Of a stretch of 64,000 nucleotides of DNA, positions 19,947-29,685 are shown piece after piece. Within the stretch, counting starts at the first letter, position 1. The number at the start of each line of letters is the position of its first letter. The stretch is from an uncultured Actinomycetota bacterium. GTDB taxonomy: Bacteria > Actinomycetota > Actinomycetes > S36-B12 > UBA10799. The translations under genes and the position numbers were made by a program. The notes under the pieces were generated by a model that saw only the letters and a program-made list of their open reading frames with translations, did not search any database and was not told the origin of the DNA. Location: NCBI GenBank assembly GCA_963732355.1, contig CAVSZD010000003.1, forward strand, positions 9,020 to 73,019. Reading direction: 5' to 3'.

Positions 19947-21668
19947 GTGGGTCATGTTGACGTGTCTGGGGTGCGCTACGAACTTCCGGACGGGCGGGTG
20001 TTGCTCGACGACGTCTCCTTCCGGGTCGGGGACGGGCAGAAGGTCGCGCTGGTCGGGGCAAACGGGTCCGGAAAGACGACGCTGCTGCGGATCATCATCG
20101 GCGACGTCCCAGCCCACGGCGGTGCTGTCTCGCGTTCTGGTGGGCTCGGGGTGATGCGGCAGTTCGTGGGCCAAGGAGTCGTTGACGAAGTCACTGATCC
20201 CACCGTGGCGGACCTCCTGCTCTCCGTGGCGCCGCCGCGAGTGCGCGCTGCTGCCCGCGCCATCGAGGCGTGCGAACTGGCACTCATGGAAGCCGACGAC
20301 AGTGCGACCCAGATGAAGTACGCCGAGGCACTCGCGGAATACACCGACGCGGGCGGTTACGACGCCGAGGTGACCTGGGACGTGTGCACCACCTCAGCGC
20401 TGGGCATGCCCTTCGACAAGGTCAAGTACCGGTCGCTGCGCACGTTGTCCGGCGGGGAGCAGAAGCGGTTGGTTCTGGAGTACCTGCTGGCCGGTCCCGA
20501 CGAGGTGCTGTTGCTCGACGAACCCGACAACTACCTCGACGTGCCAGGCAAAGTCTGGTTGGAACAGCGGATCAGGGAGTCGGCCAAGACGATCTTGTTC
20601 ATCTCCCACGATCGTGAGTTGCTGGCCAACACCGCCACCCGGGTCGTCACCGTCGAACTCGGCGCCGCGGGCAACCAGGTGTGGACCCATCCCGGCGGTT
20701 ACGCGACCTACCACGACGCGCGGCGGGCCCGGTTCGCGCGCCTCGACGAACTGCGACGGCGCTGGGATGAGGAGCACCAAAAGCTCAAGACGCTGGTGAA
20801 CACCCTGCGGCAGAAGTCGACCTTCAACGACGGAATGGCCAGTCGTTATCAAGCAGCCCAGACCCGGCTTCGAAAGTTCGAGGAGGTCGGCCCGCCTACA
20901 GAGCAGCCGCGGGAGCAGCGCGTGGTAATGCGCCTGACCGGTGGACGGACCGGCAAGCGGGCGCTGGTCTGCGAGAGCCTCGAGTTGCGACTGCCGGACG
21001 CGGAGTTGATGCGGCCCTTCGACCTGGAGATCTGGTACGGCGAACGGGTGGCCGTCCTGGGTTCCAACGGGTCGGGCAAGTCGCATTTCCTGAGGCTGCT
21101 TGCCGCGGGCGGCTCGCAGCCGGACCTCGAACACTCACCGGTTGGCGAGGCGGACATTGCCCATGTCGCGCACACCGGGACCGCCCGGCTTGGCGCTCGC
21201 GTGCGACCCGGCTGGTTCGTCCAGACCCACGAGCATCCGGAGTTGGCCGGACGCACGTTGTTGGACATCCTGCATCGGGGTGACCGCACAGCCGACGGTC
21301 GCGGTCGGGCCGGATTGGGCCGCGAACAAGCCGCTCGCGTCCTCGACAGGTACGAACTGGCGCACGCGGCGGAGCAGAGTTTCGACGCGCTTTCCGGCGG
21401 CCAGCAGGCACGATTCCAGATCCTCTTGCTGGAACTGTCCGGGGCAACGATGCTGCTACTCGATGAGCCGACGGACAACCTCGATGTGGAGTCTGCCGAA
21501 GCACTGGAGGAGGGCTTGGCCGCTTTCGAGGGCACGGTTCTGGCAGTGACCCACGACCGATGGTTCGCCCGTGGCTTCGACCGGTTCCTGGTCTTCGGTG
21601 CCGACGGCGTGGTCTATGAGTCAGACGAGCCGGTGTGGGACGAACAGCGAGTCCAGCGCGCGCGGTGA
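19947..21668 (+). CDS. ABC-F family ATPase (two ABC domains, no membrane domain)
   Basis: GANGSGKTT and GSNGSGKSH Walker A motifs, LSGGE/LSGGQ signatures and an inter-domain linker. The start is uncertain (GTG 19947). Confidence 0.85.
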   Translation: MGHVDVSGVRYELPDGRVLLDDVSFRVGDGQKVALVGANGSGKTTLLRIIIGDVPAHGGAVSRSGGLGVMRQFVGQGVVDEVTDPTVADLLLSVAPPRVRAAARAIEACELALMEADDSATQMKYAEALAEYTDAGGYDAEVTWDVCTTSALGMPFDKVKYRSLRTLSGGEQKRLVLEYLLAGPDEVLLLDEPDNYLDVPGKVWLEQRIRESAKTILFISHDRELLANTATRVVTVELGAAGNQVWTHPGGYATYHDARRARFARLDELRRRWDEEHQKLKTLVNTLRQKSTFNDGMASRYQAAQTRLRKFEEVGPPTEQPREQRVVMRLTGGRTGKRALVCESLELRLPDAELMRPFDLEIWYGERVAVLGSNGSGKSHFLRLLAAGGSQPDLEHSPVGEADIAHVAHTGTARLGARVRPGWFVQTHEHPELAGRTLLDILHRGDRTADGRGRAGLGREQAARVLDRYELAHAAEQSFDALSGGQQARFQILLLELSGATMLLLDEPTDNLDVESAEALEEGLAAFEGTVLAVTHDRWFARGFDRFLVFGADGVVYESDEPVWDEQRVQRAR

Positions 21669-21672
21669 GTTG

Positions 21673-22644
21673 TCACTGCCCGACGTTCACCACGACCTTG
21701 CCTATTGGCCGACCTTCACGGACCAGAGCGACCGCATCCGCTGCCTGCTCCAGCGGGAACTGCGAATCGATGACCGGCCTCACATGTCCTGCTTCGATCA
21801 GTTCACGAAGTTCGTCCAAAGATGCGGTGTCCTCCTTGGCTACGAACGTACCGATGTGCTGTTTGGAGAACACGTTGAGCATCGCGCCGGCCGCTATGGC
21901 GCCGAGCGGTCCGGTCCACCGGTTACCGTCGCCGAAGGACTGGATCAGCGTGCCGCGCGGGGTGAGGGCCCTGCGTAGATGGCGCACCGGATAGGTGCCA
22001 CCGAGTTGCAGGATCAGGTCGTAGCGGTTGTTCCCGGAGACCGGATCCTGCTGGGTGTAGTCGATCAGGCGATCGGCGCCGAGGCTGCTGACCAGGTCGA
22101 GTCCGCGGGTGCTGCACACCCCGGTGACTTCGGCGCCGGTGTGCTTGGCGAGTTGCACGGCGAAGGTTCCAACACCGCCTGAGGCGCCGATGATCAGGAC
22201 CTTCTGGCCGCGTGCGATGCCACCGCGGCGCAAACCCTGTAACGCAGTGATAGCGGCCAGCGGTACAGCAGCTGCCTGTTCGAAGGTGAGGCTCGCTGGC
22301 TTGAGTGCCAGGCTCGCCGCCGGAGCCGCCAGGAACTCCCCGAAGGCGCCATCGGCGAACCCGTAAACTGCGTCGCCGGCCACCACGCCCTGAACCTCGC
22401 CGCCGACCTCTTCGGCGATGCCGGCGAAGTCCGCGCCCACGATTCGCCGTGGCGACCGAACCCCGCCGAGCATGGGGCGCATCAGCAGTGGCTCGCCGCA
22501 GATGAGATGCCAGTCGTACGGATTGGCCGAAGCGGCCCGCACGCGCACCAGCACCTGGTCGGCCTTCGGTCGGGGGGCCTCCACCTGGGTCAGGTGTAGA
22601 ACCTGGCGTGGATCCCCGTAACCCTGCTGCTCGATCGCTTTCAA
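21673..22644 (-). CDS. NAD(P)H:quinone oxidoreductase / zinc-type alcohol dehydrogenase-like (MDR family)
   Basis: GASGGVGTFAVQLAK cofactor motif. The TTG at 22644 gives LKAIEQQGYGDP. The upstream part of the listed ORF is an extension. Confidence 0.8.
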   Translation of the reverse strand: MKAIEQQGYGDPRQVLHLTQVEAPRPKADQVLVRVRAASANPYDWHLICGEPLLMRPMLGGVRSPRRIVGADFAGIAEEVGGEVQGVVAGDAVYGFADGAFGEFLAAPAASLALKPASLTFEQAAAVPLAAITALQGLRRGGIARGQKVLIIGASGGVGTFAVQLAKHTGAEVTGVCSTRGLDLVSSLGADRLIDYTQQDPVSGNNRYDLILQLGGTYPVRHLRRALTPRGTLIQSFGDGNRWTGPLGAIAAGAMLNVFSKQHIGTFVAKEDTASLDELRELIEAGHVRPVIDSQFPLEQAADAVALVREGRPIGKVVVNVGQ

Positions 22645-22791
22645 GGGACACCCTTCCTGCCACTTGCCACGGTAGCCGCGTTGTATGAGCTGTGAGATCC
22701 AACAGAGCATCGTTCTAGAGTGGAACCCCCGTCGGGGGACCCGATCGGAGGACCATGTCCGCAAGGCCCACCCCGCACGGCCGCTGAGTCG

Positions 22792-23568
22792 ATGTTGCCC
22801 AGTCACGTGTCACTTGATGTCCCACCTGTGACGATCGGCATCGACCTGGCGTCGAAACCGGTCAAGACTGCGCTGTGCTCCATCTCCTGGCGCGGTGATC
22901 ATGCCGTGGCGGACTTCGACGCCGATACCTCGGATGAGCACATCGTGGACGTGATGGCATCGGCCACCAAAGTTGGCCTGGACTGCCCGCTGGGTTGGCC
23001 GGAGCCGTTCGTGCGGGCGATCACCGCCCACTCGCAGATGGATCCTTGGCCAGGTCGTGGCTTGGACCCGGAGCAGTACCGCAGGACGCTGGCCTACCGG
23101 GAGACGGATCGAGTGATCCAGGACTCCGGGCGGCCACCGTTGTCGGTGTCGACGGACCGCATCGGGATCGTGGCTATGCGATGGGCCGGCATTGCTGATG
23201 CTCTCGCGCTGCGGGGTCGCACGATCGATCTCAGCGGTAGGGGCCTTGTCGCCGAGGTCTATCCGGCGGCCGCCCTGCGTGCGTGGGGTTTGCCGGATCG
23301 CGGTTACAAGGGCAAGGGCCAGATGGCTGAGGTAGCGGTGCGCCTCGACTTGCTGCTGAGCCGGCTTCCGTCGCTGCGGTTCGCGGAAGGTGCCGAGGAC
23401 CTCTGTCGCACCAGCCACGACGCGCTCGACGCACTGATCTGTGCGCTTGTGGCCAGAGCCATCGTGCTGGGTCGCACGCGCTGGCCGGACTCTGATGAGA
23501 GGTGGCGGCTGGCCGCGATCGAAGGCTGGATCCACGTACCTTCGGGTGACCCTTCGGAACTGTGTTGA
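22792..23568 (+). CDS. DUF429 domain protein (predicted RNase H-like fold)
   Basis: VTIGIDLASKP...LDCPLGWPEPF pattern. The family call is from memory. Confidence 0.55.
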   Translation: MLPSHVSLDVPPVTIGIDLASKPVKTALCSISWRGDHAVADFDADTSDEHIVDVMASATKVGLDCPLGWPEPFVRAITAHSQMDPWPGRGLDPEQYRRTLAYRETDRVIQDSGRPPLSVSTDRIGIVAMRWAGIADALALRGRTIDLSGRGLVAEVYPAAALRAWGLPDRGYKGKGQMAEVAVRLDLLLSRLPSLRFAEGAEDLCRTSHDALDALICALVARAIVLGRTRWPDSDERWRLAAIEGWIHVPSGDPSELC

Positions 23569-23613
23569 GTGGTCGGCAGGCAGGTTGGGTCACGCATTTA
23601 GGTCCACGCCACG

Positions 23614-23691
23614 CGTTGGGTGGGGCTCGTGCAGTTGGTTGACGTTCAGCGCGCGACGAGCATCAACCAACTACCCGAACGTCAACCAACG
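23614..23691. repeat. Bipartite hairpin element, family B, copy B2
   Basis: CGTTGGGTGGGGCTCGTGCAGTTGGTTGA, a loop, then TCAACCAACTACCCGAACGTCAACCAACG. Confidence 0.9.
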
Positions 23692-23700
23692 GGTGTTCGG

Positions 23701-24159
23701 GTGTCTGTCTGGCCGTCACGGACCCTCGGCAGGTTCGTCGGGTTCCTCTACGCCGGGCCACTCCTGCCGTACATCGTCGTGGTGCTCGATGACGGCGGCG
23801 CGGTGATGTACTCGGCCGATGGGCGGATCTTTGCGGACAACGCGGCTCTCTTTCTCAACAACGGGTGCACGAGCGCCGTGCTGTTCGCAAACACTAACCC
23901 GGGGCTGGAACCGTATTTGAAGGCTGCCGGTGGTCCGGGGCGCTCGGTGTTCCAGGTGGCCAACTCCCCGACGGTAGATGCGTGGAAGATCGCTGAGACG
24001 ACCACCACGTCGGTGCCGGTGGCCGCGAATAGTCTCTTCCAGAAGAGTTCGACCACAGGGGTGTGTTCGGCGGCCACTAACGCTGCCGGGTTCATCCTGC
24101 CGCTGGCCCCGGCGCAGGCGCCGAAGCTGGGAAACGGCGCGCTGCGAGTGATCCGCTAG
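23701..24159 (+). CDS. Hypothetical protein (coding strand ambiguous)
   Basis: The + frame from GTG 23701 gives a protein-like LPYIVVVLDDGGAVMYSADGRIFADN. The antisense ORF 23748..24095 shares the same third-codon positions, so GC3 cannot choose between them. Confidence 0.3.
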   Translation: MSVWPSRTLGRFVGFLYAGPLLPYIVVVLDDGGAVMYSADGRIFADNAALFLNNGCTSAVLFANTNPGLEPYLKAAGGPGRSVFQVANSPTVDAWKIAETTTTSVPVAANSLFQKSSTTGVCSAATNAAGFILPLAPAQAPKLGNGALRVIR

Positions 24160-24176
24160 CCACGGATGCTTGGCCT

Positions 24177-24752
24177 TCAGCCATGCGACTGGATGGCCGT
24201 TCTCCGCGCCAGCGACCAGGCGGCGTGGCCTATCGCGACCGGCAAGATCACCATTGCGCCCATAGGGGTAAACACCTCGTACGTCAGGCTGCTGTTCGGG
24301 TCCGATGAGCCTCGAACCCGACCCAGCAGCGAGCCCAGCGGAATGCCTGTCGCGTTGCCCCACATGATCATGCGGGTGGCGCGCAGGATGCACTGGGCTC
24401 GGTCTTCTCCGTATCGCTGAACCAACTGCGACCAAGCAGCGGGCTCGGGTCGCCCGCGAGTATCTGCGTAGTGCTGTGCGAAGGCCAAACCGGGGAGTTC
24501 TTCGCTGGGCACACCGTCGGCCACTCCCGCGAGCAGTGCGCGCACCTCGGTTTCTGACAAACCCACCTCAAGGGCAATACGCGAGTGGGCGTAAGAGCAC
24601 AAGTCGCATCCGTTGACCTGTGTGACGGCTAGCATGATGCGCTCGGAGGCCTGCTTGTCGCATCGGGCGTGGCGTGTCGCCCACGCTGTGTGCGCGGCAC
24701 GCACAGTGATCCAGTAGATCTCGCGCAAGGAGTAGTGCTTGCGCGCCACCAT
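24177..24752 (-). CDS. Carboxymuconolactone decarboxylase (AhpD-like) family protein
   Basis: VTQVNGCDLCSYAH motif (CxxC of the CMD/AhpD fold). The ATG is at 24752. Confidence 0.7.
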   Translation of the reverse strand: MVARKHYSLREIYWITVRAAHTAWATRHARCDKQASERIMLAVTQVNGCDLCSYAHSRIALEVGLSETEVRALLAGVADGVPSEELPGLAFAQHYADTRGRPEPAAWSQLVQRYGEDRAQCILRATRMIMWGNATGIPLGSLLGRVRGSSDPNSSLTYEVFTPMGAMVILPVAIGHAAWSLARRTAIQSHG

Positions 24753-24889
24753 GGTCCTCCGGCGCGGCTTGCGAACTGAGTCCACACCGAGGTAACACAG
24801 ATACCAGCAGGGGGTATTCCCTAAGACGACCTCGACCTCTCTAGGCGCCTATGTCAGGATGGACGCTTACACAACCCAGGAGGCGGCCC

Positions 24890-25327
24890 ATGGCCGGTAG
24901 CAGCGACGGATTCAGCGCAGCTGAGCGCAAGGCGATGAAGCAGCGAGCCGAGGAACTGTCCGCCAACAAGGGCGTCAAGGGCGCGGCCAAAAAGGCGAAG
25001 GAATACGAGGCCTGTATAGAGGCAATCGACGCCCTCACTGGTCTGGACCGGACGATCGCCGAGCGCTTCCACGTGGTCGTATCTGAAGAGGCGCCGCAGC
25101 TGGACCCGAAGACCTGGTACGGCTTTCCGTCCTATGCCAGGGATGGCAAGGTGGTCACCTTCGTCCAGCCCGCTTCCAAGTTCGACGCGCGGTACGCGAG
25201 CATCGGGTTCAACGAGGACGCGCTATTGGACGAGGGTGCGATGTGGGCGACAGCCTTCGCCGTGGTGGAGTGGACTGACGCCGTGGAGACGCAGTTGCGC
25301 GCCTTAGTGAAACGGGCCGCGGGATAG
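24890..25327 (+). CDS. DUF1801 / YdhG-like domain protein
   Basis: KTWYGFPSYARDGKVVTFVQPASKF pattern. The family call is from memory. Confidence 0.55.
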   Translation: MAGSSDGFSAAERKAMKQRAEELSANKGVKGAAKKAKEYEACIEAIDALTGLDRTIAERFHVVVSEEAPQLDPKTWYGFPSYARDGKVVTFVQPASKFDARYASIGFNEDALLDEGAMWATAFAVVEWTDAVETQLRALVKRAAG

Positions 25328-25340
25328 GGACGACCCGCCC

Positions 25341-26459
25341 TCAGGCCATTCCGGTGGGCGTGGTGCTGGGGTAACCCATCTCCGCCGAGACCGCGTCGAA
25401 CAGCCGAGCGGTGGCGGCCATGCAGGGCGCTTCGGTCGTGATCGTGGCGCCCGCGAGTCCCGGCGGACATTTCCCGGCGACGATGTCTCCCGCGGTCAAT
25501 ACAACGGCGGTCGCCTGCGCTTCGGGGTGGTAGTAGCACGAGGCGCGGTAGCCCGGGATGTGCCCTGAGTGCCCGATCCAGCCGCTGATGCGCATCAGGC
25601 CGATCCCGTACTCCACCCCGGGCGCGAGCGCTGAGGCGTCGGCAAGCGAGGCGATGCGCATCGCTTGTGACTCGGGGGTGAGCAGTGCCCCGGTTCCCAG
25701 GGCGTTGGCGTAGGCGAGCAGATCCTCTGCGGTGGAGATCAGGGCTCCCGCAGTGCTGCCCCAGCACGGATTGAAGTCAGTGGCGTCAACCGGTTGCTCG
25801 GGCGTGGCGCCGGGAAAGACGAGCGTGTAACCGCGCGCGAACGGGTCCGGCATGGACGACGATTCCCCGGGCCACAAGGTGTTCGACATCCCCAGAGGGT
25901 TCAGGATCCGCTCGCTGAGCAGTGTCGTGAAGGACTTGCCGGAGACCTGCTCCAGGACCTTGCCGAGGATCGCGTAGTTCGTGTTGGAGTAGGCGAACTG
26001 CGCATCGGGTGCGAAGGCGCGGGGTGCGGCCAGCCCGACCTCGATCACCTCGTCCGAGTCGTGGACGGCGCTGGGATCCGCGACGATGCTGGCGATCAAT
26101 CCCGGGTCGGCCGTGTAGTCGGCGATCCCACTGCGCATAGTGGCGAGCAACCGCAGGGTGATGCCCGCGATGTCGGTGGCGTGGGGCAGGTACATGGTGA
26201 GCGGATCGTCGAGACTTAACGCCTCTTCCGCGACGAGTTGCAGCAGGATCGTGGCGGTGAAGGTCTTGGTGACTGACCCGATCCGCAGGTGCGTCTGCGC
26301 ATTGATCGCGGAGTAAGGATCGGCGGTGCCGTAAGCCCCGAACCAGTTGCCGCCCGCGGTGTGAACGCCGACCACGGCGCCCGGGGTCCCAGTGCATAAG
26401 TCGAAGGCCGCTGCTGCCGCCCGGTCAAGCTCGGACTCTGGCAGGGCAGCAATTGGCAT
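25341..26459 (-). CDS. Serine hydrolase (beta-lactamase family)
   Basis: SxxK motif IGSVTKTFTA, YSNTNY and HSGHIPGY. The ATG is at 26459. Confidence 0.8.
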   Translation of the reverse strand: MPIAALPESELDRAAAAAFDLCTGTPGAVVGVHTAGGNWFGAYGTADPYSAINAQTHLRIGSVTKTFTATILLQLVAEEALSLDDPLTMYLPHATDIAGITLRLLATMRSGIADYTADPGLIASIVADPSAVHDSDEVIEVGLAAPRAFAPDAQFAYSNTNYAILGKVLEQVSGKSFTTLLSERILNPLGMSNTLWPGESSSMPDPFARGYTLVFPGATPEQPVDATDFNPCWGSTAGALISTAEDLLAYANALGTGALLTPESQAMRIASLADASALAPGVEYGIGLMRISGWIGHSGHIPGYRASCYYHPEAQATAVVLTAGDIVAGKCPPGLAGATITTEAPCMAATARLFDAVSAEMGYPSTTPTGMA

Positions 26460-26590
26460 TCTGCGATTGTGGCAGGACGAGTGCCCGCACGAGCCACTTG
26501 ACACCCATTTGCGTAACAGGCGAGAACACAAGAAATGTCGTGGCTTTGTGCAACGATGACGTGTTCGCCCCTCAACCGCTTGGAGTCCAT

Positions 26591-28390
26591 ATGGCGCATA
26601 TGAGTCGACGATCGTTCATGGCCTTCAGCGGTGCGGTCGCAGCTTCCTTGGGCCTGCCCCGATCAGTAGTCGGCCCTGCCATGGCCGCACCGCTGGCCCC
26701 GGCAGACGTACCGACGACCTTGCGACAGACGATCCGGCAGTCCACAACTGGTAATCGTGCGTACCGCACGTTGCTCTCCGCGCCAGGCGAGCCGTTCATC
26801 GTCCGCGAGGATCTGGTGGGGTCCAGGCCTTCGCCGGGACGAGTAGCCAGTCGACGTTCGTTGGCGTATCTGGGGCACACCTCTGACATCCACATCCAGG
26901 ACACGCAGTCCCCGGCGCGGCTGGAACCGACCAACGCCTTCAGCATGACGTTGCTCCCGGGAACGTGCCGCCCGCAGCAGTCCATGTCGCTGTTCGTGCA
27001 GGCGCAGATGGTCCAGGCTTTCAGTGAAGCAGCCAGCAGCCCCGTGACCGGCTCCCCGATGGCGGCGGTGCTCAACACCGGCGACTCCTCCGACCAGATC
27101 TCCAACCTCGAGACCCGCTGGTACATCAAGGTCATGGACGGTGTGCCGGTCATGGCGAACTCCGGTGCCGAGGGCCAGTACGAGGGGGTCGAGGTCTGGC
27201 CCGAGGCAACCTACGCCTACCACCCCGACAACCCGGCCGGGGACGTGTGGGGGGAGTACGGATTCCCGCAGATCCCGGGGCTGATGGAAGCGATCGTGAG
27301 CACTGAGATCACCAGCCCGGGCATGCCGGCGCCGTGGTTCTCGGTGTTCGGCAACCACGACGTGCTGCTCAACGGGTTTGTCGGGCAGGACGACTCGCTG
27401 CGTTCCCTGGCAACCGGACACACGAAGTACTGGTCGTTCCCCTCGTGGATGACCGACCAGTTCACCGGGATGGCCACAGACACCAGCCCACTGCAGCGCG
27501 GTCTGGACTTTGTGCGCCAGCAGTTCGGCCTGGTGGGTGGCTTCAAGCGGGTGGAGGCCGATCCGGATCGTCAGCTTCTGCAGGGCCAGGACTTCATGGC
27601 CGCGCACTTCGAGGACACCGGCGCTGGGCCAGGGCCGGTCGGCCACGGCTTTACCCAAAGCAATCTGGATGAGAACACCACGTTCTGGACCACGGACATC
27701 GGCCCGAACCTGCGGCTGTTCGGCCTCGATACCTGCAACCGGCTCACCGGGGCCGACGGGGCGGTGCCCAAGAACCAGTTCGACTGGCTTGAGGCGGCGC
27801 TGCAGGAGTGCGTGGCGCAGGACAAGTTGGCGATCGTACTCAGCCATCACAACAGCCTGACCCTGGAGAACACAGCCGAGTCCGCGTTCCACCCAGGTGA
27901 GCCGCTGATTCACGCCGACGAGTTCATCGCGATGCTGCTGAAATACCCCAACATGATCGCCTGGCTCAACGGTCACACGCACACCAACACGATCAAGGCC
28001 CACCCGAACGCAGACAAGACCGGCGGCTTCTGGGAGATCACCACCGCCTCGTGCATCGACTACCCCCAGCAGCAGCAGGTTGTGGACATCTGCGACAACC
28101 GCGACGGCACCATGTCGATCTTCGCGATCGTGCTCGACCACGCCTCACCGGCTCAGTGGACCGGCGGCGACTTCTCCCAGGTCGGTATTGCGACACTGAG
28201 CCGGGAATTAGCCAGCAATGACTGGACAGCCACACCGTTCGCGTTGCTCGGCTCGGATCTGGACCGCAACGTGGAGCTCATTCTGCCTGCGCCCTTTGAT
28301 CTCGAGAAGATCACCGATGCCGACCTTGCCAAGGAGATCGCGAAACGAAAAGCCGTCGTCTTGAAGAACACGAAGGGGGCCGGGGCATGA
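26591..28390 (+). CDS. Tat-exported metallophosphoesterase
   Basis: Twin-arginine signal MSRRSFMAFSGAVAASLGL, with the GNHD and GHTH metallophosphatase motifs. Confidence 0.8.
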   Translation: MAHMSRRSFMAFSGAVAASLGLPRSVVGPAMAAPLAPADVPTTLRQTIRQSTTGNRAYRTLLSAPGEPFIVREDLVGSRPSPGRVASRRSLAYLGHTSDIHIQDTQSPARLEPTNAFSMTLLPGTCRPQQSMSLFVQAQMVQAFSEAASSPVTGSPMAAVLNTGDSSDQISNLETRWYIKVMDGVPVMANSGAEGQYEGVEVWPEATYAYHPDNPAGDVWGEYGFPQIPGLMEAIVSTEITSPGMPAPWFSVFGNHDVLLNGFVGQDDSLRSLATGHTKYWSFPSWMTDQFTGMATDTSPLQRGLDFVRQQFGLVGGFKRVEADPDRQLLQGQDFMAAHFEDTGAGPGPVGHGFTQSNLDENTTFWTTDIGPNLRLFGLDTCNRLTGADGAVPKNQFDWLEAALQECVAQDKLAIVLSHHNSLTLENTAESAFHPGEPLIHADEFIAMLLKYPNMIAWLNGHTHTNTIKAHPNADKTGGFWEITTASCIDYPQQQQVVDICDNRDGTMSIFAIVLDHASPAQWTGGDFSQVGIATLSRELASNDWTATPFALLGSDLDRNVELILPAPFDLEKITDADLAKEIAKRKAVVLKNTKGAGA

Positions 28391-28767
28391 AGAGATTGTT
28401 AGCTGTCCTGGCACTGATCCCGCTGGCCGGGTGCACACAGATCGCCCAATTGCAGCCGGTCGCTGGGGCTGAGATCACGGCGGTCCGGATCGCCACGAAC
28501 GACGTGCTGGTCGATCAGAACGTGCCTATCGACGTCGCACCTGTCTGCGAGTTGGAGGGGGAGACGTACGTCTGTCTCGGGACAACACGGGTGGGTGCGC
28601 AGATCCGGTCGGAGGCCAGGGTGCTGGAGGCCTTCGGAGCCACGAAGACCCAGTACGGTGCCGACTCGCCGGCGGTGATCTCGCTAAAGGTGAATGTGGG
28701 CCCCAAAGAGATCTTCAACGGGCAGGTCGAGAGCCAGCTCGCTGAGAACGCACAGGAGGCGAAGTGA
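28387..28767 (+). CDS. Small lipoprotein
   Basis: MKRLLAVLALIPLAGC lipobox. It has 4-nt overlaps with both neighbouring genes. Confidence 0.7.
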   Translation: MKRLLAVLALIPLAGCTQIAQLQPVAGAEITAVRIATNDVLVDQNVPIDVAPVCELEGETYVCLGTTRVGAQIRSEARVLEAFGATKTQYGADSPAVISLKVNVGPKEIFNGQVESQLAENAQEAK

Positions 28768-29438
28768 GTACCGACGTGGCCCAGCCGACCTCGACCAGTT
28801 ACCGCTTCTCGGCCTTGTTCCGGGCCTTGATCATAATGTGGCGCACCTCCGGGCCGGCGCTTCTGTTCATCGCCATCAACATGGCGGTGCAGTCGTTGTT
28901 GGTCTGGCTCAACACCCAGTCCGGGTTCAGTTTCAGTTTCCTTGTGGTGTTCCTGGTGTCGGGGATCAGTGTGATGGCCCTGTATGCGGTTCTTACCTCG
29001 TGTGCCCTCGGGGCCGTCGATCGGGATGGTTCCTCGGTGCTGGGCCGCGTGAAGGCCCATGCCGGTTCTTTCACGGGGTGGGCTCTGTTGCAGTGGCTGC
29101 TGGTTCTGGTTGTGACTCTGTTCCAGCCGGTGCTCGTGCTGCTGGTCGCCGCTCTCACACCGTTCCTGCCGATCGCCGCGATGGACGGCCAGCGCAACGC
29201 CCTGGGTGCCAACTTCTCCACGCTGGGACGCAAGTTCGGGCGCTGGCTGCTCACGACGGTCATCCTGATGATCGCCGGTCTGGTGTACTTCCTGCTTTCG
29301 GCCGTAAACGTCTTCTTCATCAAGGGCACACCGGCGGCGGTGTTCTTCTGGCTGGTCATCGGTGTGGTCGCATGGTGGACATTGACCGCGTGGACGCTGG
29401 TGTACCGCGCGGCCCACAAGGCTGATGCCGTTCGTTGA
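28764..29438 (+). CDS. Integral membrane protein, unknown function
   Basis: Five to six hydrophobic segments, high GC3, and translational coupling to the lipoprotein gene. Confidence 0.7.
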   Translation: MSTDVAQPTSTSYRFSALFRALIIMWRTSGPALLFIAINMAVQSLLVWLNTQSGFSFSFLVVFLVSGISVMALYAVLTSCALGAVDRDGSSVLGRVKAHAGSFTGWALLQWLLVLVVTLFQPVLVLLVAALTPFLPIAAMDGQRNALGANFSTLGRKFGRWLLTTVILMIAGLVYFLLSAVNVFFIKGTPAAVFFWLVIGVVAWWTLTAWTLVYRAAHKADAVR

Positions 29439-29454
29439 CGACTGCGCCGGGCAG

Positions 29455-29525
29455 TTGGTTAGAGGTTGTGCTGTTGGTTAGCGAAACAACGCGTGGATTC
29501 TCTAACCAGGAGCACAACCTCTAAC
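29455..29525. repeat. Palindromic element, family A, copy A3
   Basis: GTTGGTTAGAGGTTGTGCTGTTGGTTAGCGAAACAACGCGTGGATTCTCTAACCAGGAGCACAACCTCTAAC. It starts 16 nt after the stop at 29438. Confidence 0.9.
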
Positions 29526-29685
29526 GCGGGGCTGTCGGAGCAGACATAGCAAGTGCGAAGGTTGGACCCGCTCCAAGGTGACCCGCACCCGTGGTGTGGT
29601 GGACCCAAGTTCGGCCGAACGGGGGGTGGCAGGCGAAGGGCGGCTGCGACAGACTCCGGAGGAGTCCCAGACCCAGGAGGCATTC

